From Pirellulales bacterium (GTDB lineage: Bacteria > Planctomycetota > Planctomycetia > Pirellulales > JAEUIK01), in assembly GCA_050184475.1 (NCBI GenBank), contig JBFXAH010000022.1, forward strand, positions 44,517-108,516: a DNA stretch of 64,000 nt, in the 5' to 3' direction. Of this stretch, positions 29,570-38,715 are shown piece by piece. A model generated the notes under the pieces. It worked only from the letters and a program-made list of their open reading frames with translations, did not search any database and had not been told where the DNA came from. Positions within the stretch are counted from its first letter, which is position 1; each line of letters starts with the position of its first letter. The translations under genes and the position numbers were made by a program.

Positions 29570-30379
29570 TCAGCCCGGACGCGTGGTCCGCCTTCGCACA
29601 ACGCGGCTTCGTGCCACGAACACTCCCGTCAGCCCGATGAGGCACAGTGCCAGCGTCGAGGGTTCCGGGATCAACACGCCCACGCCGAACTGTCCGCTCA
29701 AGGCGGCCAGCGCCACGCTGGCGATGTTGTCGGTCGGCGAATAGCCGGCCTGAATGAAAGGATTCAACAAGCCGGGCGGAATCGACGTGATGTCGAAATT
29801 GCCGCGAATTACCCCGGTCTTGCCGACCAGCGCCTTGCCCGTGGCCATGGTGCCACCGGTGATGGTGCCGATGCCTTCGACCAGGAATGAGTTCTGACCG
29901 GCATTGCCGTAGAACGACACCTGAGTCAGGTCCATGGTCCAGAGCGTCTCGTTCGACGCCGCGCCGGGCGAGGTCGCCCCGGTGATCACTACGTCGTCAC
30001 CCGGTCGGCCACCGGTGCCGGTCAGGCTAATGTTGGGGAACCCCCCCCCGACCGCATCCGAAGCGTTGAGGACGACGTCCAGCAACATGTCGGCGCCGAA
30101 AACGAGCGGCCCGCCCCCTTGCACGAAGTACAAGGGCAATGCAGGGTTCACGGCCGGCCAGTTGGGCCGGTAAATGGTGACGTCGCCACCACCAGTTCCC
30201 GGCGGGTCGGTTGCGCTGATGAGCCGATCGGGCGCGACCCCGTTGGTCGAATAGATCATGCTCACATCGAACTGGAACAAGTCACTGACGATCTGTGGCG
30301 TCAGCGGCGCGCCGTGTGCCGTGGCGCTGGCCAAAACGGCCACCGCCACCACCCAGGGCGCAATCGTGATCTGCTTCAT
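29570..30379 (-). CDS. PEP-CTERM sorting-domain secreted protein
   Basis: ATG at 30379 follows GGGAGAAG. Signal peptide MKQITIAPWVVAVAVLASATAHG. C-terminus LIPEPSTLALCLIGLTGVFVARSRVVRRR. Confidence 0.8.
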   Translation of the reverse strand: MKQITIAPWVVAVAVLASATAHGAPLTPQIVSDLFQFDVSMIYSTNGVAPDRLISATDPPGTGGGDVTIYRPNWPAVNPALPLYFVQGGGPLVFGADMLLDVVLNASDAVGGGFPNISLTGTGGRPGDDVVITGATSPGAASNETLWTMDLTQVSFYGNAGQNSFLVEGIGTITGGTMATGKALVGKTGVIRGNFDITSIPPGLLNPFIQAGYSPTDNIASVALAALSGQFGVGVLIPEPSTLALCLIGLTGVFVARSRVVRRRTTRPG

Positions 30380-30840
30380 ATGGGCTTCTCCCTTCGCCCC
30401 CGAAAATTCCTCGGTGCATTCGCCATAGGGCACTCCCGATCTGCGCACTTGCGCCAACAGGGACTGGCCCTGACGCTTGAGCGCGTTATGCCCGAGGTGC
30501 CAAAAGCACGGCCTATGCCGCTCGCAGCAATTGCAGGATGGCGCGTCGCAAGGCCTACTCGCAAAATGACTTAAGGAGGCCTTCCGGGCAGCGGGCGGCG
30601 GCCATCAGGGAGTCGTGGCCTTCCCTGAGTTGGTGAACCCCAAATGCAGGAATCGCTCGAACGGCGAAGCCTCACCGAGAGTTAAGCTGGCTTTCCTCAG
30701 CGCGGTGAATCCTCACGCCGACGGTGAAACCCGCCAAAAACTGAGGGCGCCGCCGCAAAAAAAATTTTGCGCCGCCGCAGGGGTGGGGCACCCCAGCGAT
30801 GCGCTCACGGTGCCAGCTTCGCCCGGCGCGCCGCGCGGTC

Positions 30841-32706
30841 TTACAACTCGAAGCTGGCCAGAAACCCGTAGATGCGCACTTCCTCGTCGGGCGCCCAAAC
30901 GAGTCGCCAAGGCAATGGCACGTCGCGATGCCCGAAGTAGAAGCCCGCCCCCTGCTGAGGCGAGATGGTGACGGCCGGACTGGCCAGCGGCGCGAGCGCT
31001 CGATCTCGAACCTCGACGAGGTTTTCGGGTAGTAGATTGATGTTGGAGTTGTTCATCGGCACGATCATCACGTCGCGCGTGAAAACGATTTCACTATCGA
31101 GTTTCAAGGCGATCGCACCGCCTCGCTGGATGTAGTATTGAAACCCCCAGTGGCCCTGAAAGTAGACGTGCCCCGGCGTGTTGGCAGTCTTTTCAAGGGC
31201 GGCCCGCGCGAGTTGGCGTTGGGCGACGGCGAAGCGAAAGTCGCCCCAACTCACGAGCAGCGCTACACCCAGGGCCAGCGACAAGGGGATTGCGTCGCGC
31301 CACGCGGGCCGGTCGGATGACGAGCAGGGTTCGGCTTCATCGATCCGTCGCGCTACGAGAATCGCCAGCGGCGGCACCAGCGGCAACAACGTGCGCACGT
31401 TGACGGCCCAGTTCAGATAGGACGAGAAGACCCAGGTGCCGGCGATCCAGGCGACCAACAGCAGGCTCCCTTCATCGCGGCGCCGCCCCAACTCCAGCAC
31501 GACGAGAGCCACGACTTCCACGGCGGCCAGCAGGAAGAGCATCACGTGCAACAGCGCGCCCCAGTCGCGGCCCTGATCGGTGTTGATCGGCATGCCGACA
31601 AAATCGCCGTTGTGGATGAGCGCGGCCGTCAGCATCGTGGCAACGCCGGCCAGCGTCAGGCGCCCCTGCCAGCCGAGTATTCGCGGCAGAAAGAACAACA
31701 GCGTGGCGACCGAGCCCCCGAGAAAACTAAGTCCGAGCCGAAGCTGCGTCCAGCGGTCGATCGATACCCTGCCTTGGTAAAAGTCGACATACGACAAGGT
31801 GTCGCGGACGATGCCGCGGTGATACTTGAACGTGGTGTAGATGTCCAAAAGCACCAAGGCAAAGATGGGAATCAATAGCGCGATAAAGCACTCGTACCGC
31901 TGGCGGCGACGCGCCAAGGCCACCAATCCCAATAACGGGACCAGCGAAATGGCGAAGTACTTTGTCAAAGCGGCCGCGGCCATGCACGCGCCGGCTGCCA
32001 GCAACAGCCCAAAATGCCGGCGATCGAGCCCTGCCAGCCAGAAGTAGACCGCCCACACCCACAGACACAGCATGGTGATATCGCACATGGCCGTGGTGGC
32101 CGACACGAGCCAGGCCGGCGTGGCAATCGAGAGCAGCGACGCCAACAACGGACGATGCGTGTAGCGTGCCGCCACGAGATACGTGCCGCAGGTCAGTCCC
32201 ACGGCGGGCAGCAACAACACGGCATGCACGGCCCATTCGCTCAACCCCACGAACAATGACGTCACGGCCAGTACATACGACAGGCCGGGGGGGTTCTTGG
32301 TCACCTCGGCCATGTCCTGCTCGAAGCCGTACCAGTTGAGCGCGAAGCCGTAGAAGTCGACAGGGCTCTTGCGGATCTGCTCCGCCGTCCAGATGAAGAG
32401 CGGGTCGTCGACGTGGAACGGCTTGCCCAGGAAGGGGATCAGCACCAAGAGCGTTATCGCGGCCGAGACGAGCAGGCCTCGCCGCCGCGATTCGGGGGAC
32501 GAGACGAGGGTCGGCCGATCATCTAGCGCGGTCGGCGATCCCCCGGCCACGGAATCCGCAGCGCGGATAGAGTCATCGGCACTTTCGGCCGAGTCGTGCG
32601 CGGTGAAGCGGGCAAGGCTGGACAAGCTAGCGTCGTTTCGAAATGTCTCAGCGCCGCTTGTCGAGCACGAACGGACCCATGACCAGCGAATCGAGCCCCG
32701 TGACAA
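30841..32706 (-). CDS. GT-C fold glycosyltransferase (GT39/GT83, ArnT/PMT-like)
   Basis: More than 10 TM helices, an N-terminal loop with HVDDPLFIW, and a large C-terminal periplasmic domain. The annotated start overlaps the upstream gene by 59 nt. An internal TTG or GTG (for example in DSVAGG) may be the true start. Confidence 0.8.
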   Translation of the reverse strand: MSRGSIRWSWVRSCSTSGAETFRNDASLSSLARFTAHDSAESADDSIRAADSVAGGSPTALDDRPTLVSSPESRRRGLLVSAAITLLVLIPFLGKPFHVDDPLFIWTAEQIRKSPVDFYGFALNWYGFEQDMAEVTKNPPGLSYVLAVTSLFVGLSEWAVHAVLLLPAVGLTCGTYLVAARYTHRPLLASLLSIATPAWLVSATTAMCDITMLCLWVWAVYFWLAGLDRRHFGLLLAAGACMAAAALTKYFAISLVPLLGLVALARRRQRYECFIALLIPIFALVLLDIYTTFKYHRGIVRDTLSYVDFYQGRVSIDRWTQLRLGLSFLGGSVATLLFFLPRILGWQGRLTLAGVATMLTAALIHNGDFVGMPINTDQGRDWGALLHVMLFLLAAVEVVALVVLELGRRRDEGSLLLVAWIAGTWVFSSYLNWAVNVRTLLPLVPPLAILVARRIDEAEPCSSSDRPAWRDAIPLSLALGVALLVSWGDFRFAVAQRQLARAALEKTANTPGHVYFQGHWGFQYYIQRGGAIALKLDSEIVFTRDVMIVPMNNSNINLLPENLVEVRDRALAPLASPAVTISPQQGAGFYFGHRDVPLPWRLVWAPDEEVRIYGFLASFEL

Positions 32707-34261
32707 AATATGTTCGCAAGGCTTGGAAGGGCTCGCAGGCCATCGGGTCGTTGTACGCGTTCAAGCTGGTGTTGATCACTAGCGGCACACTGGAGACGTG
32801 GTGAAAGCGGGTCAATAACTGATGAAACAACGGGTTGGCGTCAGGGCGCACCGATTGTAGCCGGCAGGTGCCGTCGGCATGCACGATGGCCGGGGCCACC
32901 CGCGGCAGCGTGGCTCGGGTCGGAAACGTCTGTGTCATGTAGGGCGAATATCGATAGCCATCGAACAACACCGCGCCCTGGTCGTCGAGCACGGCCGGCG
33001 CCACCGGCCGAAACTCCTCGCGGAATTTCACCCGCGCGTTGATCTCGTCCTTCATCGACTCGTTGCGGGCGTCGGCCAGAATGCTGCGGTTGCCCAGCGC
33101 CCGCGGGCCATATTCCATCCGTCCTTGAAACCAGGCGATGATCTTGCCCGAGAGCAATCGCTCGGCGGCGGCGTCGACCGGATCGTCGGTCTCCTCGTAG
33201 GGCACAGCGGCCCGGTCGAGCACTTCGCGGATTTCAGCCGGCGTAAACTCCGGTCCCCAATAGGCATGCGGCAATGGCTCGAGGTGGTCGCCGGCCTCGA
33301 TTGCCCCCAGATAGGCAGCCCCCAGCGCCAGGCCGGCATCGCTGGCCACCGGCGGCACGTACAGCTCGCGCACCGCTGGCAAGCGGCGAATTTGCTCGTT
33401 CATCTTGCAGTTGAGCGCGACGCCGCCGGCCAGGCAGACGCGGTCGAGCCCGCGGGCCTGGGCATGGTGCTCAACGAGCCGCGTGGCGACGTGCTCGAGC
33501 TGCTGCTGGGCCGACGCCGCGACGTCGTAGTGCACTTGCTCAATCGGGCTCCCCGGCACCCGTGGCGCGATCGGCAGCGGAAACTCGTCGAACAGCGGTT
33601 CCTGCTTCGAGGGAGCCGGTTCGCCGGCCTTCACCCCCCGCAGAAAGTTGTGCCGGAACTCGTATCCGCCGGGCGTGCTGGTCAGCACGTGATCGAACTC
33701 GAAGCGTGGCGTGCCGTAGGCCGCCATGCCCATCACTTTGTATTCGTCGCTGTCCTTCTGAAAGCCGAGAAACTGCGTGACCGCCGAGTAGAAAACACCC
33801 AGCGAATTGGGCTTGCGCATTTCGGCCAGCGTTTCGAACTGCGTCCCTTTGCCGACGCGGACGCTGGTCGAAACGCCGTCGCCCGAAAAGTCGAAGGTGA
33901 CGACGAGCGCCTCGTCGTAGCCGCTGGCAAAAAACGTGCTGGCCGCATGCGCGGTGTGGTGATCGACCAACTCGATCCGTGGCGCATGGCCGAACTGAAA
34001 CACGAGCCAGCGCCGCAGCACTTCGACGATGCCCACGTACGTCGCGCCGACGAACACAACCCGGTCGATGTCTTGGATCGAGAGCTTGGCCGCCCGCAAG
34101 CAATAGCGGGTGGCGTGCCGGGGGAGCATGCCGTTGGCGAACTTGATGCCGGTGAAGCGTTCTTCTTCGGCGGCCGCCAGCAGTCGGCCATCGACCATCA
34201 AGGCCGCGGCGCCATCCTGGTTGCCAATCCGCACTCCCCCCGAGATTCCCAGCACATTCAT
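32648..34261 (-). CDS. Carbamoyltransferase (NodU/CmcH family)
   Basis: MNVLGISGGVRIGNQDGAAALMVDGRLLAAAEEERFTGIKF...HHTAHAASTFF...LAGGVALNCKMN. Confidence 0.9.
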   Translation of the reverse strand: MNVLGISGGVRIGNQDGAAALMVDGRLLAAAEEERFTGIKFANGMLPRHATRYCLRAAKLSIQDIDRVVFVGATYVGIVEVLRRWLVFQFGHAPRIELVDHHTAHAASTFFASGYDEALVVTFDFSGDGVSTSVRVGKGTQFETLAEMRKPNSLGVFYSAVTQFLGFQKDSDEYKVMGMAAYGTPRFEFDHVLTSTPGGYEFRHNFLRGVKAGEPAPSKQEPLFDEFPLPIAPRVPGSPIEQVHYDVAASAQQQLEHVATRLVEHHAQARGLDRVCLAGGVALNCKMNEQIRRLPAVRELYVPPVASDAGLALGAAYLGAIEAGDHLEPLPHAYWGPEFTPAEIREVLDRAAVPYEETDDPVDAAAERLLSGKIIAWFQGRMEYGPRALGNRSILADARNESMKDEINARVKFREEFRPVAPAVLDDQGAVLFDGYRYSPYMTQTFPTRATLPRVAPAIVHADGTCRLQSVRPDANPLFHQLLTRFHHVSSVPLVINTSLNAYNDPMACEPFQALRTYFVTGLDSLVMGPFVLDKRR

Positions 34262-34407
34262 GCGCGCCAGATTATCAGAGCCCTGGGGCGATGCCTAGCA
34301 GCCGCATCGGCGTGGTTAACGACGAAGGATTTGCCTCTCGCTTGCGAACCAGCGGCCATCTCCCGGCGTAGCTAGAGCGCCGCGCGGCGAGCGACTACCA
34401 TGCATGA

Positions 34408-35175
34408 TTGACCTCGCTATTGAGTGTGCCATCCGTGACGTCGTTGACAGTCAGCATTCCGGCCTACAACGACGCACCGACCCTGCCGGCGATCGTCGCC
34501 GACAGCCTGGCTTTGACCGCCGCGCTAGGCATTCCGGTCGAGGTGCTGTTGATCGACGATGGCAGCCGCGACGACACCCCCGCCGTGTGCCAGACGCTGG
34601 CGGACCAGTCGCCGCGGGTTCGCGTGCTCACGCATCCTGAGAATCTCGGCTTCGGACCGACGATTCGCGAAGCCTACCTGGTGCCGCGCACCGAGTGGGT
34701 CGTGTTCTTGCCCGGCGATGGGCAGATCCCCGCCGCCGAAATCGAGCGGCTCTGGCAGGCGACCGAGTCGGCCGGCGATCGCCCCTACGATCTCGTGCTG
34801 GCGGTCCGGGCCCAGCGAAACGATCCCTGGAGGCGGCGCTTCGTTTCGGGGTGTTACAATGGCATGGTCAGCCTGGTCGCGCGGCGCCGTATTCACGACG
34901 TCAACGGCACGGCTCTCGTGCATCGACGATTGCTGCGGAGGATCGCCCTCGAGGGACGCAGCGCCTTCATCCATGCCGAGCTCGTGCTCGAAGCGATGCG
35001 GGCCGGCGCCAACTATCGCGAAGTCACCATCGCGCACCGCGCCCGCGAGCACGGCAGCGGCTCGGGCAATCGGCCGCGGGTGATCGCCGCGACGTTTCGC
35101 GACCTGCTGCGCTACGCGTTGGGTATGCGCGGTGCGCGGCACGCGACGGAAGCGGCGGTGGAAGAAGCAGGGTGA
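34408..35175 (+). CDS. GT2 glycosyltransferase (polyprenyl-phosphate sugar synthase-like, ArnC/GtrB/DPM1 type)
   Basis: LTVSIPAYNDAPTLPAIV...LLIDDGSRDDT...FLPGDGQ. The start is TTG 34408 or GTG 34435. Confidence 0.85.
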   Translation: MTSLLSVPSVTSLTVSIPAYNDAPTLPAIVADSLALTAALGIPVEVLLIDDGSRDDTPAVCQTLADQSPRVRVLTHPENLGFGPTIREAYLVPRTEWVVFLPGDGQIPAAEIERLWQATESAGDRPYDLVLAVRAQRNDPWRRRFVSGCYNGMVSLVARRRIHDVNGTALVHRRLLRRIALEGRSAFIHAELVLEAMRAGANYREVTIAHRAREHGSGSGNRPRVIAATFRDLLRYALGMRGARHATEAAVEEAG

Positions 35176-35200
35176 TCGACAATATCAAGTGGGTGACAGC

Positions 35201-35644
35201 ATGGACTACGAACTGGTCGAGTGCTCGAAGCACACCGACGAACGGGGCTACCTGGTCGAGTTCTTGAGGTACGAAGAGCTCGACGAGCAACACACGCCGT
35301 TCGGCCAGGTGTACTTCGTCACCTTCGAGCGACCCCGGCAAGTCCGCGGCAACCACTATCACACCCGCGGCCGCGAGTGGTTTGGCGTGGCGAACGGCAC
35401 GTTGGAAGTGGTGCTCGAAGACGTGAGGACCCGCGAGCGCGTGCAGTTCGTGCTGCGCAGCGACGACAAGTCGTTCACGCGGTTGTCGATCGGGCCGTAC
35501 ATCGCGCACGCCTTCCGCAACGTGTCGCCGACGGCGATTTTGATCGACTACGCCACGGAGCAGTTCGACCACGAGGATCACGACCGCAACCCGTACGTGC
35601 TGCTCGAACCGGCGGCGGCCCCGGCGGTCAAGAGCGGGGCATAG
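35201..35644 (+). CDS. Cupin sugar epimerase/isomerase-like protein (WxcM/RmlC-like)
   Basis: MDYELVECSKHTDERGYLVEFLR...VYFVTFERPRQVRGNHYH...GPYIAHAFRN. ATG at 35201. Confidence 0.7.
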   Translation: MDYELVECSKHTDERGYLVEFLRYEELDEQHTPFGQVYFVTFERPRQVRGNHYHTRGREWFGVANGTLEVVLEDVRTRERVQFVLRSDDKSFTRLSIGPYIAHAFRNVSPTAILIDYATEQFDHEDHDRNPYVLLEPAAAPAVKSGA

Positions 35645-35708
35645 CTGCGACGTTGGCGCTGTTCAGTCGCCGGGTCCACGACAAATTCGAAAGTTCAAAG
35701 CCGCCCGC

Positions 35709-36482
35709 TCACGTGGTCCACTTCGGCGTTCGCTTTTCCAGAAAAGCGCCGATCCCTTCGTCGGCGTCGGGCAGTTGAGCGTTTTCGACCATCGCCCGCG
35801 AGGCAATCTGGTACGCGCGCGGCCGATCGGCGGAGATTTGCTCGTAGAAGGTGCGCTTGCCCAGCGCGACCGTGGCCCCGCTGACCGCGGCGATTTGCCG
35901 GGCCAGCGCCAGCGTCGCGGCCGGCAGCTCGTCCCCCGGCACGACGCGGTTGACCAGACCGATCCGCTCGGCTTCGGCGGCCGAAATCGGCTCGCCCGTC
36001 AGCAGCATCTCCATCGCTTTCTTGGCCGGCACGGCTCGTGAGACGGCCACGGCCGGAGTCGAACAGAACAAGCCGATCTTGACGCCAGGCGTGGCGAAGG
36101 TCGCCTCGGGCGAGGCCAATACCAGATCGCACGTCGCCGCCAACTGGCAGCCCGCGGCCGTCGCGATGCCGGCCACTTCGGCGATCACCGGCACGCGCAG
36201 CCGGCGGATCGCTTCCATCACTTCGCTGCACATGGCGAACAGCGATTCGAGCTCGTCGCCGGCGGCGCCGCGAACTTCGTTCAAGTCGTGCCCCGAGCTG
36301 AAGACCGTTCCCGTGGCCCGCACGATCAGGCATTTGATTGAGCGATCGGCGCAGATTTCGGCCAGGCGATCGGCCATTGCGGTGAGCACGCCGCGCGACA
36401 GGGCGTTGCGCTTCTCGGGGTGATTGAGCGTGAGCACCCCGATCGGGCCGTTGCGCTCGAAGAGCACGAGCGGTTGGGTCAT
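35709..36482 (-). CDS. Enoyl-CoA hydratase/isomerase family protein
   Basis: MTQPLVLFERNGPIGVLTLNHPEKRNAL...VFSSGHDLNEV...IAEVAGIATAAGCQLA. The track ORF 35709..37352 is an artefactual upstream extension. Confidence 0.9.
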   Translation of the reverse strand: MTQPLVLFERNGPIGVLTLNHPEKRNALSRGVLTAMADRLAEICADRSIKCLIVRATGTVFSSGHDLNEVRGAAGDELESLFAMCSEVMEAIRRLRVPVIAEVAGIATAAGCQLAATCDLVLASPEATFATPGVKIGLFCSTPAVAVSRAVPAKKAMEMLLTGEPISAAEAERIGLVNRVVPGDELPAATLALARQIAAVSGATVALGKRTFYEQISADRPRAYQIASRAMVENAQLPDADEGIGAFLEKRTPKWTT

Positions 36483-36496
36483 GGCAGACCTCGTCG

Positions 36497-37876
36497 TCAC
36501 TGCTGCTTGATTTCCACCTTTAATTCGCCTGCGTTGTCCCCCATGTCGCCTGGGAACTCGTTGACGCGCAGGTAGAGCGTGCCGGTCGAGGGGGCCACTA
36601 ATTCGCTCTCCAGGCCGATGGCGATCGGCCGCCACGGATCGCCCCCTTTCGCCGGCGCGGCAGCGCCACCCGGCGAAGCGTCGGGCCAGATCGCGGCGAC
36701 TAACTGACCGAGCGGCCACCCCCGATAGTATTTGACCGAAACTCCCCCCGGCTCGCACCACCAGATGCGCTGGCGGCCGTCGACTTCGTCGTGGGCGATC
36801 TGGTAGCGGCCCGCGGCCTGAAGCCGGTAGGTCTTTCCTTCTTCGACTCGCACGCCGGTCGACTGCCAACTGCGCGACGCATCGACGGTTAGTTTGACAC
36901 CGTCGTCGGAGAGCGGTTCGCCCGGGGCAAACTCGATCGCCGCGGCCGCCACGTCGTAGCCGTAGTCGATTTCGCCGACAAAGGCTTGCCACTGCGCGGC
37001 GATTTGCGGCCAGTCGGCCGCGAGCTTCTCGGCCACGCGGCGCATGAACTCGGGATCGTTCACGCTGCCGGCCAACTCGCGAAACCGCTCGCGGTAGCGG
37101 GGGTCGCCCGCCAGCATGGCGACGGCCCCCCACGACCAGCCGTAGGGTCCGGTCTGCAAATACGCCCGCGGCGAAAGCCGGAAAACTTCGGGGAGCCAGC
37201 GCCGTTTGCCGGCCGCCACGTCGTCTTGAATGATCTTGATCCGCCCCCAGTACGGGACCTCGCCGCGCGAGCGGGGAAAATACGCCAGCTCGACGCGTCC
37301 ATCGTGCAACCGGTGGGTGGCCAGCCATTCGGCCATCCCCTCCATGTACCACGGCGGACCGGTGCTCCCCAGCCGGGTCCGCATGAAGACGTGCGTCCCC
37401 TCGTGCAGCATCAGGTGGCGGCGAAAATACTCGCTCGGCTGCTCGTTGAACCAGAATTCGTAGTCGATCGAATAGCCGTGCAGGAACTCGGGCACTTCGT
37501 CGGTCAGCAGCCCGCTGGCGACAAACCGCGCCTTGTCCTTAATCAGGTAGCCGACCGCTTGCCAGTCGTCGGCCTGGTTGTCGGGCGGCAAGGCGTCGCG
37601 GAAATACTCGTTCCACTGCGGCACGGCCTGATCGAACTGCTCGGGCAAGGCGTCGATCGAGGCCTCGGCCGGCAAGTCGGTGTAGAGCACCAGGTGCCGC
37701 GCGGCGAGCCGGCGAATTCCGGCCGCCCGCAGGCGAGCTTCGTCGACGGTGCGCGGCGGCTTCGGGGCGGCATATCGTGGCGGCGGATCGACCGCGCGGG
37801 CCGCCGAAACTCGCAAAATCGCGCAACTAGCCGCCACCGCGTAAAGCAGCATCGATAATCGCGACGGCCGGCGCAT
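36497..37876 (-). CDS. Secreted putative zinc metallopeptidase (HExxH; DUF1570-like by recollection) with a C-terminal beta-rich domain
   Basis: Signal peptide MRRPSRLSMLLYAVAASCAILRVSAARA and motif RHLMLHEGTHVFM. It lies 15 nt upstream of the hydratase gene on the same strand. Confidence 0.7.
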   Translation of the reverse strand: MRRPSRLSMLLYAVAASCAILRVSAARAVDPPPRYAAPKPPRTVDEARLRAAGIRRLAARHLVLYTDLPAEASIDALPEQFDQAVPQWNEYFRDALPPDNQADDWQAVGYLIKDKARFVASGLLTDEVPEFLHGYSIDYEFWFNEQPSEYFRRHLMLHEGTHVFMRTRLGSTGPPWYMEGMAEWLATHRLHDGRVELAYFPRSRGEVPYWGRIKIIQDDVAAGKRRWLPEVFRLSPRAYLQTGPYGWSWGAVAMLAGDPRYRERFRELAGSVNDPEFMRRVAEKLAADWPQIAAQWQAFVGEIDYGYDVAAAAIEFAPGEPLSDDGVKLTVDASRSWQSTGVRVEEGKTYRLQAAGRYQIAHDEVDGRQRIWWCEPGGVSVKYYRGWPLGQLVAAIWPDASPGGAAAPAKGGDPWRPIAIGLESELVAPSTGTLYLRVNEFPGDMGDNAGELKVEIKQQ

Positions 37877-37954
37877 TTTGCCTCGGTTACTTCTCTTCGA
37901 CTGCAACCCGCGCCGCTGGGAAATGCACCCCGCGGCTATTACCATGATTCTACC

Positions 37955-38695
37955 TTGAGCCGGACCGTGCGCGTCGGTCGGCGAACCTCGGCCGTGGGGG
38001 CCGACGACTGTTGCGAGGCGGCGGTGCGACATTTTCTGGCGAGAAACCTGGGGCTCGCCCACGCTCTGGTAGCGGTGCTGGCCCTGGTCGGTGCTGGTTT
38101 AGCGGCCGCCAGCGCGTGGAGAGCCGAAGAGAGTCGCGCGAGTCTTTCCCCGGGCTTGCACGAGCTGGCCGAAGAAGCGATCGCCTGCCACCTGGCGGCG
38201 ATCGGCTATCTGGTCGCCTCGGTCGCGTTTCAGTGGCAGTTGGCCCGTTGTTGGCGCGCGGGGGAGATCAGTCCGACCGCCTTGCAAACGGTCAGCGTTT
38301 TTGTTCAAGGTTCGGTGGCGCTAGGGGGCGTGGCCGTCGTACTGCGCGGGGCGGTGTCGCGCGCCTGGCTGGCTGGCCTGGGACCGGTGCTGCCGATCAC
38401 GGTGACCGTGGCCGTGTTGGCGGTCGCGCTTTCGCTGGCGGGACGCTGGCTGTGTCAAGATAGCGGTCCGGTGCCGCGGGAGCCGGACGCCTCGGCAATG
38501 CGTCTCCGCTGGCTGCGCGTGTTGCTGGTCGTCGCGGCGATCGTCTGGCTCGTGGCCCTGGCCTGGCTCGAGGCGCGGCCGCTGCCTTATCCAGGCTTGC
38601 CGGGCCCGGCCACGCTCGCCGGCATCCAATGCCTGGCAGCGCCGATCTCGGTATTGCTGACAAGTCTTTCAGAGGGGAGCCGATCGTGGCTGTAA
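37955..38695 (+). CDS. Hypothetical multi-pass membrane protein
   Basis: 246-aa ORF with about 6 hydrophobic segments and no recognisable family. Start uncertain. Confidence 0.4.
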   Translation: MSRTVRVGRRTSAVGADDCCEAAVRHFLARNLGLAHALVAVLALVGAGLAAASAWRAEESRASLSPGLHELAEEAIACHLAAIGYLVASVAFQWQLARCWRAGEISPTALQTVSVFVQGSVALGGVAVVLRGAVSRAWLAGLGPVLPITVTVAVLAVALSLAGRWLCQDSGPVPREPDASAMRLRWLRVLLVVAAIVWLVALAWLEARPLPYPGLPGPATLAGIQCLAAPISVLLTSLSEGSRSWL

Positions 38696-38715
38696 CTCGA
38701 CTGAAGTGCTTGACG

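Noticed and set aside
36483-37352. Upstream extension of the enoyl-CoA hydratase ORF (track ORF 35709..37352, 547 aa).
   Set aside because: Crotonase homology starts at MTQPLVLFERNGPIG (ATG 36482). The extension overlaps the HExxH protein gene (36497..37876) and is compositionally junk.
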